This document shows, in pieces, positions 55,300-64,000 of a stretch of 64,000 nt of DNA. Every line of letters begins with the position of its first letter. Within the stretch, counting starts at the first letter, position 1. Source of the DNA: Auanema rhodensis (lineage: Eukaryota > Animalia > Nematoda); the NCBI GenBank assembly GCA_964057225.1, contig OZ059895.1, positions 20,708,001-20,772,000 on the forward strand, written 5' to 3'. Position numbers and translations under genes: made by a program. Below the pieces are notes generated by a model. The model saw only the letters and a program-made list of their open reading frames with translations, searched no databases and had not been told where the DNA came from.

Positions 55300-58200
55300 A
55301 AATTAGATTCCCCATGTCCATATTAGTCTAAAAACAAATTTTTATTGATATTGGTGCATGGTAACCATGACTTTAAAATTTACGTGAACTTTAATTTATG
55401 CTAATTAAGTGTACACATGATGTGCACTTGGTATGTAACTCGCTTCACGTCAAAGATAAAGAGATGAGGTTTTCAAAATTAGATTCCCCATGTCCATATT
55501 AGTCTAAAAACAAATTTTTATTGATATTGGTGCATGGTAACCATGACTTTAAAATTTACGTGAACTTTAATTTATGCTAATTAAGTGTACACATGATGTG
55601 CACTTGGTATGTAACTCGCTTCACGTCAAAGATAAAGAGATGCGGTTTTCAAAATTAGATTCCCCATGTCCATATTAGTCTAAAAACAAATTTTTATTAA
55701 TATTGGTGCATGGTAACCATGACTTTGAAATTTACGTGAACTTTAATTTATGCTAATTAAGTGTACACATGATGTGCACTTGGTATGTAACTCGCTTCAA
55801 GTGAAAGATAAAGAGATGCGGTTTTCAAAATTAGATTTCGCATGTCCATATTAGTCTAAAAACAAATTTTTATTGATATTGGTGCATGGTAACCATGACT
55901 TTAAAATTTACGTGAACTTTAATTTATGCTAATTAAGTGTACACATGATGTGCACTTGGTATGTAACTCGCTTCACGTCAAAGATAAAGAGATGCGGTTT
56001 TCAAAATTAGATTCCCCATGTCCATATAAGTCTAAAAACAAATTTTTATTAATATTGGTGCATGGTAACCATGACTTTGAAATTTACGTGAACTTTAATT
56101 TATGCTAATTAAGTGTACACATGCTGTGCACTTGGTATGTAACTCGCTTCACGTTAAAGATAAAGAGATGCGGTTTTCAAAATTAGATTCCCCATGTCCA
56201 TATTAGTCTAAAAACAATTTTTTATCAATATTGGTGCATGGTAACCATGACTTTGAAATTTACGTGAACTTTAATTTATGCTAATTAAGTGTACAAATGA
56301 TGTGCGCTTGGTATGTAACTCTCTTCACGTGAAAGATAAAGAGATGCGGTTTTCAAAATTAGATTCCTCATGTCCATATTAGTCTAAAAACGAATTTTTA
56401 TTGATATTGGTGCATGGTAACTATGACTTTGAAATTTACGTGAACTTTAATTTATGCTAATTAAGTGTACACATGATGTGCACTTGGTATGTAACTCGCT
56501 TCAAGTGAAAGATAAAGAGATGCGCTTTTCAAAATTAGATTTCGCATGTCCATATTAGTCTAAAAACAAATTTTTATTGATATTGGTGCATGGTAACCAT
56601 GACTTTAAAATTTACGTGAACTTTAATTTATGCTAATTAAGTGTACACATGATGTGCACTTGGTATGTAACTCGCTTCACGTCAAAGATAAAGAGATGCG
56701 GTTTTCAAAATTAGATTCCCCATGTCCATGTTAGTCTAAAAACAAATTTCTATTAATATTGGTGCATGGTAACTATGACTTTGAAATTTACGTGAACTTT
56801 AATTTATGCTAATTAAGTGTACACATGATGTGCACTTGGTATGTAACTCGCTTCAAGTGAAAGATAAAGAGATGCGCTTTTCAAAATTAGATTTCGCATG
56901 TCCATATTAGTCTAAAAACAAATTTTTATTGATATTGGTGCATGGTAACCATGACTTTAAAATTTACGTGAACTTTAATTTATGCTAATTAAGTGTACAC
57001 ATGATGTGCACTTGGTATGTAACTCGCTTCACGTCAAAGATAAAGAGATGCGGTTTTTAAAATTAGATTCCCCATGTCCATATAAGTCTAAAAACAAATT
57101 TTTATTAATATTGGTGCATGGTAACCATGACTTTGAAATTTACGTGAACTTTAATTTATGCTAATTAAGTGTACACATGCTGTGCACTTGGTATGTAACT
57201 CGCTTCACGTCAAAGATAAAGAGATGCGGTTTTCAAAATTAGATTCCCCATGTCCATATAAGTCTAAAAACAAATTTTTATTAATATTGGTGCATGGTAA
57301 CCATGACTTTAAAATTTACGTGAACTTCAATTTATGCTAATTAAGTGTACACGTGATGTGCGCTTGGTATGTAACTCTCTTCACGTGAAAGGTAAAGAGA
57401 TGCGGTTTTCAAAATTAGATTCCTCATGTCCATATTAGTCTAAAAACGAATTTTTATTGATATTGGTGCATGGTAACCATGACTTTAAAATTTACGTGAA
57501 CTTTAATTTATGCTAATTAAGTGTACACATGATGTGCACTTGGTATGTAACTTGCTTCACGTCAAAGATAAAGAGATGCGGTTTTCAAAATTAGATTCCC
57601 CATGTCCATTTTAGTCTAAAAACGAATTTTTATTGATATTGGTGGATGGTAACCATGACTTTAAAACTTACGTGAACTTCAATTTATGCTAATTAAGTGT
57701 ACACGTGATGTGCACTTGGTATGTAACTCGCTTCACGTGAAAGATAAAGAGATGCGGTTTTCAAAATTAGATTCCCCATGTCCATATTAGTCTAAAAACA
57801 AATTTTTATTGATATTGGTGCATGGTAACCATGACTTTAAAATTTACGTGAACTTTAATTTATGCTAATTAAGTGTACACATGATGTGCACTTGGTATGT
57901 AACTCGCTTCACGTCAAAGATAAAGAGATGAGGTTTTCAAAATTAGATTCCCCATGTCCATATTAGTCTAAAAACAAATTTTTATTGATATTGGTGCATG
58001 GTAACCATGACTTTAAAATTTACGTGAACTTTAATTTATGCTAATTAAGTGTACACATGATGTGCACTTGGTATGTAACTCGCTTCACGTCAAAGATAAA
58101 GAGATGCGGTTTTCAAAATTAGATTCCCCATGTCCATATTAGTCTAAAAACAAATTTTTATTAATATTGGTGCATGGTAACCATGACTTTGAAATTTACG

Positions 58201-60230
58201 TGAACTTTAATTTATGCTAATTAAGTGTACACATGATGTGCACTTGGTATGTAACTCGCTTCAAGTGAAAGATAAAGAGATGCGGTTTTCAAAATTAGAT
58301 TTCGCATGTCCATATTAGTCTAAAAACAAATTTTTATTGATATTGGTGCATGGTAACCATGACTTTAAAATTTACGTGAACTTTAATTTATGCTAATTAA
58401 GTGTACACATGATGTGCACTTGGTATGTAACTCGCTTCACGTCAAAGATAAAGAGATGCGGTTTTCAAAATTAGATTCCCCATGTCCATATAAGTCTAAA
58501 AACAAATTTTTATTAATATTGGTGCATGGTAACCATGACTTTGAAATTTACGTGAACTTTAATTTATGCTAATTAAGTGTACACATGCTGTGCACTTGGT
58601 ATGTAACTCGCTTCACGTTAAAGATAAAGAGATGCGGTTTTCAAAATTAGATTCCCCATGTCCATATTAGTCTAAAAACAATTTTTTATCAATATTGGTG
58701 CATGGTAACCATGACTTTGAAATTTACGTGAACTTTAATTTATGCTAATTAAGTGTACAAATGATGTGCGCTTGGTATGTAACTCTCTTCACGTGAAAGA
58801 TAAAGAGATGCGGTTTTCAAAATTAGATTCCTCATGTCCATATTAGTCTAAAAACGAATTTTTATTGATATTGGTGCATGGTAACTATGACTTTGAAATT
58901 TACGTGAACTTTAATTTATGCTAATTAAGTGTACACATGATGTGCACTTGGTATGTAACTCGCTTCAAGTGAAAGATAAAGAGATGCGCTTTTCAAAATT
59001 AGATTTCGCATGTCCATATTAGTCTAAAAACAAATTTTTATTGATATTGGTGCATGGTAACCATGACTTTAAAATTTACGTGAACTTTAATTTATGCTAA
59101 TTAAGTGTACACATGATGTGCACTTGGTATGTAACTCGCTTCACGTCAAAGATAAAGAGATGCGGTTTTCAAAATTAGATTCCCCATGTCCATGTTAGTC
59201 TAAAAACAAATTTCTATTAATATTGGTGCATGGTAACTATGACTTTGAAATTTACGTGAACTTTAATTTATGCTAATTAAGTGTACACATGATGTGCACT
59301 TGGTATGTAACTCGCTTCAAGTGAAAGATAAAGAGATGCGCTTTTCAAAATTAGATTTCGCATGTCCATATTAGTCTAAAAACAAATTTTTATTGATATT
59401 GGTGCATGGTAACCATGACTTTAAAATTTACGTGAACTTTAATTTATGCTAATTAAGTGTACACATGATGTGCACTTGGTATGTAACTCGCTTCACGTCA
59501 AAGATAAAGAGATGCGGTTTTTAAAATTAGATTCCCCATGTCCATATAAGTCTAAAAACAAATTTTTATTAATATTGGTGCATGGTAACCATGACTTTGA
59601 AATTTACGTGAACTTTAATTTATGCTAATTAAGTGTACACATGCTGTGCACTTGGTATGTAACTCGCTTCACGTCAAAGATAAAGAGATGCGGTTTTCAA
59701 AATTAGATTCCCCATGTCCATATAAGTCTAAAAACAAATTTTTATTAATATTGGTGCATGGTAACCATGACTTTAAAATTTACGTGAACTTCAATTTATG
59801 CTAATTAAGTGTACACGTGATGTGCGCTTGGTATGTAACTCTCTTCACGTGAAAGGTAAAGAGATGCGGTTTTCAAAATTAGATTCCTCATGTCCATATT
59901 AGTCTAAAAACGAATTTTTATTGATATTGGTGCATGGTAACCATGACTTTAAAATTTACGTGAACTTTAATTTATGCTAATTAAGTGTACACATGATGTG
60001 CACTTGGTATGTAACTTGCTTCACGTCAAAGATAAAGAGATGCGGTTTTCAAAATTAGATTCCCCATGTCCATTTTAGTCTAAAAACGAATTTTTATTGA
60101 TATTGGTGGATGGTAACCATGACTTTAAAACTTACGTGAACTTCAATTTATGCTAATTAAGTGTACACGTGATGTGCACTTGGTATGTAACTCGCTTCAC
60201 GTGAAAGATAAAGAGATGCGGTTTTCAAAA
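55300..60230 (+). repeat. SatC 14-mer (2464-bp) tandem duplication
   Basis: Private variants cggtttttaa (57051/59515), aaaggtaaa (~57391/~59855) and aaaactta (~57665/~60130) recur at this offset. ORF pairs are 55926/58390, 56982/59446 and 57158/59622. Boundaries are approximate. Confidence 0.88.
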
Positions 60231-63200
60231 TTAGATTCCTCATGTCCATATTAGTCTAAAAACGAATTTTTATTGATATTGGTGCATGGTAACCATGACT
60301 TTAAAATTTACGTGAACTTTAATTTATGCTAATTAAGTGTACACATGATGTGCACTTGGTATGTAACTCGCTTCACGTCAAAGATAAAGAGATGCGGTTT
60401 TCAAAATTAGATTCCCCATGTCCATGTTAGTCTAAAAACAAATTTCTATTAATATTGGTGCATGGTAACTATGACTTTGAAATTTACGTGAATTTTAATT
60501 TATGCTAATTAAGTGTACACATGATGTGCACTTGGTATGTAACTCGCTTCAAGTGAAAGATAAAGAGATGCGCTTTTCAAAATTAGATTTCGCATGTCCA
60601 TATTAGTCTAAAAACAAATTTTTATTGATATTGGTGCATGGTAACCATGACTTTAAAATTTACGTGAACTTTAATTTATGCTAATTAAGTGTACACATGA
60701 TGTGCACTTGGTATGTAACTCGCTTCACGTCAAAGATAAAGAGATGCGGTTTTCAAAATTAGATTCCCCATGTCCATATTAGTCTAAAAACAAATTTTTA
60801 TGAATATTGGTGCATGGTAACCATGACTTTGAAATTTACGTGAACTTTAATTTATGCTAATTAAGTGTACACATGATGTGCACTTGGTATGTAACTCGCT
60901 TCACGTCAAAGATAAAGAGATGCGGTTTTGAAAATTAGATTCCCCATGTCCATATTAGTCTAAAAACAAATTTTTATTAATATTGGTGCATGGTAACCAT
61001 GACTTTGAAATTTACGTGAACTTTAATTTATGCTAATTAAGTGTACACATGATGTGCACTTGGTAAGTAACTCGCTTCACGTCAAAGATAAAGAGATGCG
61101 GTTTTCAAAATTAGATTCCCCATGTCCATATTAGTCTAAAAACAATTTTTTATCAATATTGGTGCATGGTAACCATGACTTTGAAATTTACGTGAACTTT
61201 AATTTATGCTAATTAAGTGTACACATGATGTGCACTTGGTATGTAACTCGCTTCACGTCAAAGATAAAGAGATGCGGTTTTGAAAATTAGATTCCCCATG
61301 TCCATATTAGTCTAAAAACAAATTTTTATTAATATTGGTGCATGGTAACCATGACTTTGAAATTTACGTGAACTTTAATTTATGCTAATTAAGTGTACAC
61401 ATGATGTGCACTTGGTAAGTAACTCGCTTCACGTCAAAGATAAAGAGATGCGGTTTTCAAAATTAGATTCCCCATGTCCATATTAGTCTAAAAACAATTT
61501 TTTATCAATATTGGTGCATGGTAACCATGACTTTGAAATTTACGTGAACTTTAATTTTTGCTAATTAAGTGTACACATGCTGTGCGCTTGGTATGTAACT
61601 CTCTTCACGTGAAAGATAAAGAGATGCGGTTTCCAAAATTAGATTCCCCATGTCCATATTAGTCTAAAAACAAATTTTTATTGATATTGGTGCATGGTAA
61701 CCATGACTTTAAAATTTACGTGAACTTTAATTTATGCTAATTAAGTGTACACATGATGTGCACTTGGTATGTAACTCGCTTCACGTCAAAGATAAAGAGA
61801 TGCGGTTTTCAAAATTAGATTCCCCATGTCCATGTTAGTCTAAAAACAAATTTCTATTAATATTGGTGCATGGTAACTATGACTTTGAAATTTACGTGAA
61901 CTTTAATTTATGCTAATTAAGTGTACACATGATGTGCACTTGGTATGTAACTCGCTTCAAGTGAAAGATAAAGAGATGCGCTTTTCAAAATTAGATTTCG
62001 CATGTCCATATTAGTCTAAAAACAAATTTTTATTGATATTGGTGCATGGTAACCATGACTTTAAAATTTACGTGAACTTTAATTTATGCTAATTAAGTGT
62101 ACACATGATGTGCACTTGGTATGTAACTCGCTTCACGTCAAAGATAAAGAGATGCGGTTTTCAAAATTAGATTCCCCATGTCCATATTAGTCTAAAAACA
62201 AATTTTTATTAATATTGGTGCATGGTAACCATGACTTTGAAATTTACGTGAACTTTAATTTATGCTAATTAAGTGTACACATGATGTGCACTTGGTATGT
62301 AACTCGCTTCACGTCAAAGATAAAAAGATGAGGTTTTCAAAATTAGATTCCCCATGTCCATATTAGTCTAAAAACAAATTTTTATTAATATTGGTGCATG
62401 GTAACCATGACTTTGAAATTTACGTGAACTTTAATTTATGCTAATTAAGTGTACACATGATGTGCGCTTGGTATGTAACTCGCTTCACGTGAAAGATAAA
62501 GAGATGCGGTTTCCAAAATTAGATTCCCCATGTCCATATTAGTCTAAAAACAAATTTTTATTGATATTGGTGCATGGCAACCATGACTTTAAAATTTACG
62601 TGAACTTTAATTTATGTTAATTAAGTGTACACATGATGTGCACTTGGTATGTAACTCGCTTCACTCAAAGATAAAGAGATGCGGTTTTCAAAATTAGATT
62701 CCCCATGTCCATATTAGTCTAAAAACAATTTTTTATCAATATTGGTGCATGGTAACCATGACTTTGAAATTTACGTGAACTTTAATTTATGCTAATTAAG
62801 TGTACACATGATGTGCGCTTGGTATGTAACTCTCTTCACGTGAAAGATAAAGAGATGCGGTTTTCAAAATTAGATTCCTCATGTCCATATTAGTCTAAAA
62901 ACGAATTTTTATTGATATTAATGCATGGTAACCATGACTTTAAAATTTACGTGAACTTTAATTTATGCTAATTAAGTGTACACATGATATGCACTTGGTA
63001 TGTAACTCGCTTCACGTCAAAGATAAAGAGATGCGGTTTTCAAAATTAGATTCCCCATGTCCATATTAGCCTAAAAACAAATTTTTTATTGATATTGGTG
63101 CATGGTAACCATGACTTTGAAATTTACGTGAACTTTAATTTATGCTAATTAAGTGTACACGTGATGTGCACTTGGTATGTAACTCGCTTCACGTGAAAGA

Positions 63201-64000
63201 TAAAGAGATGCGGTTTTCAAAATTAGATTCCCCATGTCCATATTAGTCTAAACACAAATTTTTATTGATATTGGTGCATGGTAACCATGACTTTGAAATT
63301 TACGTGAACTTTAATTTATGCTAATTAAGTGTACACGTGATGTGCACTTGGTATGTAACTCGCTTCACGTGAAAGATAAAAAGATGCGGTTTTCAAAATT
63401 AGATTCCCCATGTCCATGTTAGTCTAAAAACAAATTTCTATTAATATTGGTGCATGGTAACTATGACTTTGAAATTTACGTGAACTTTAATTTATGCTAA
63501 TTAAGTGTACACATGATGTGCACTTGGTATGTAACTCGCTTCAAGTGAAAGATAAAGAGATGCGCTTTTCAAAATTAGATTTCGCATGTCCATATTAGTC
63601 TAAAAACAAATTTTTATTGATATTGGTGCATGGTAACCATGACTTTAAAATGTACGTGAACTTTAATTTATGCTAATTAAGTGTACACATGATGTGCACT
63701 TGGTATGTAACTCGCTTCACGTCAAAGATAAAGAGATGCGGTTTTCAAAATTAGATTCCCCATGTCCATATTAGTCTAAAAACAAATTTTTATTAATATT
63801 GGTGCATGGTAACCATGACTTTGAAATTTACGTGAACTTTAATTTATGCTAATTAAGTGTACACATGATGTGCACTTGGTATGTAACTCGCTTCACGTCA
63901 AAGATAAAAAGATGAGGTTTTCAAAATTAGATTCCCCATGTCCATATTAGTCTAAAAACAAATTTTTATTAATATTGGTGCATGGTAACCATGACTTTGA

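Larger units (their letters stand above)
22958..64000 (+). repeat. SatC: tandem satellite with a 176-bp monomer, ~233 copies, centromere-like; runs off the right edge of the window
   Basis: atgctaattaagtg recurs every 176 bp and ORF-track starts differ by multiples of 176. I saw only four 1-nt indels (~45840, ~53759, ~62665, ~63085). Confidence 0.98.

Noticed and set aside
23368-59804. 35 near-identical 60-aa ORFs (MLIKCT...NFNLC)
   Set aside because: Each is one SatC monomer plus 7 nt, open only where a tag>aag variant removes a stop. The 176-bp period is not a multiple of 3, most monomers carry the stop, and there is no recognisable domain or gene context.
1-64000. 5S rRNA, tRNA, snRNA, spliced-leader or telomeric tandem arrays
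   Set aside because: None of the monomers shows recognisable RNA-gene sequence, Pol III A/B boxes with a cloverleaf, or short telomeric repeats. An Rfam/Infernal scan would be the formal test.
1-64000. Assignment to a named satellite (alpha satellite, CEN178, Drosophila 1.688, TCAST)
   Set aside because: The lengths are similar but I do not recognise the sequences as any of these. A database search is needed.

Overview
The window is entirely non-coding, AT-rich eukaryotic satellite DNA with no credible gene, RNA gene, transposon ORF or CRISPR array. Three tandem-repeat families abut with almost no spacer. SatA is a 351-bp monomer (1-10403, ~29.6 copies, rich in inverted repeats). SatB has ~176/181/182-bp monomers arranged as two oppositely oriented arms (10411-15599 and ~15620-22958), forming a ~12.5-kb quasi-palindrome. 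SatC is a 176-bp monomer (22958-64000, ~233 copies) with nested higher-order duplications. The architecture looks centromeric or pericentromeric (inference only; organism not identified). The main signals are: (i) junction scars made of short patches copied from neighbouring sequence, at the SatB inversion and at 22467-22525, resembling polymerase-theta end joining; (ii) a ~30-bp box shared by SatA and SatB, near which the SatB rearrangements cluster; (iii) a modular two-part variable segment in SatB; and (iv) a readable history of block duplications. All ORFs in the track are repeat artefacts. Coordinates were read by eye.
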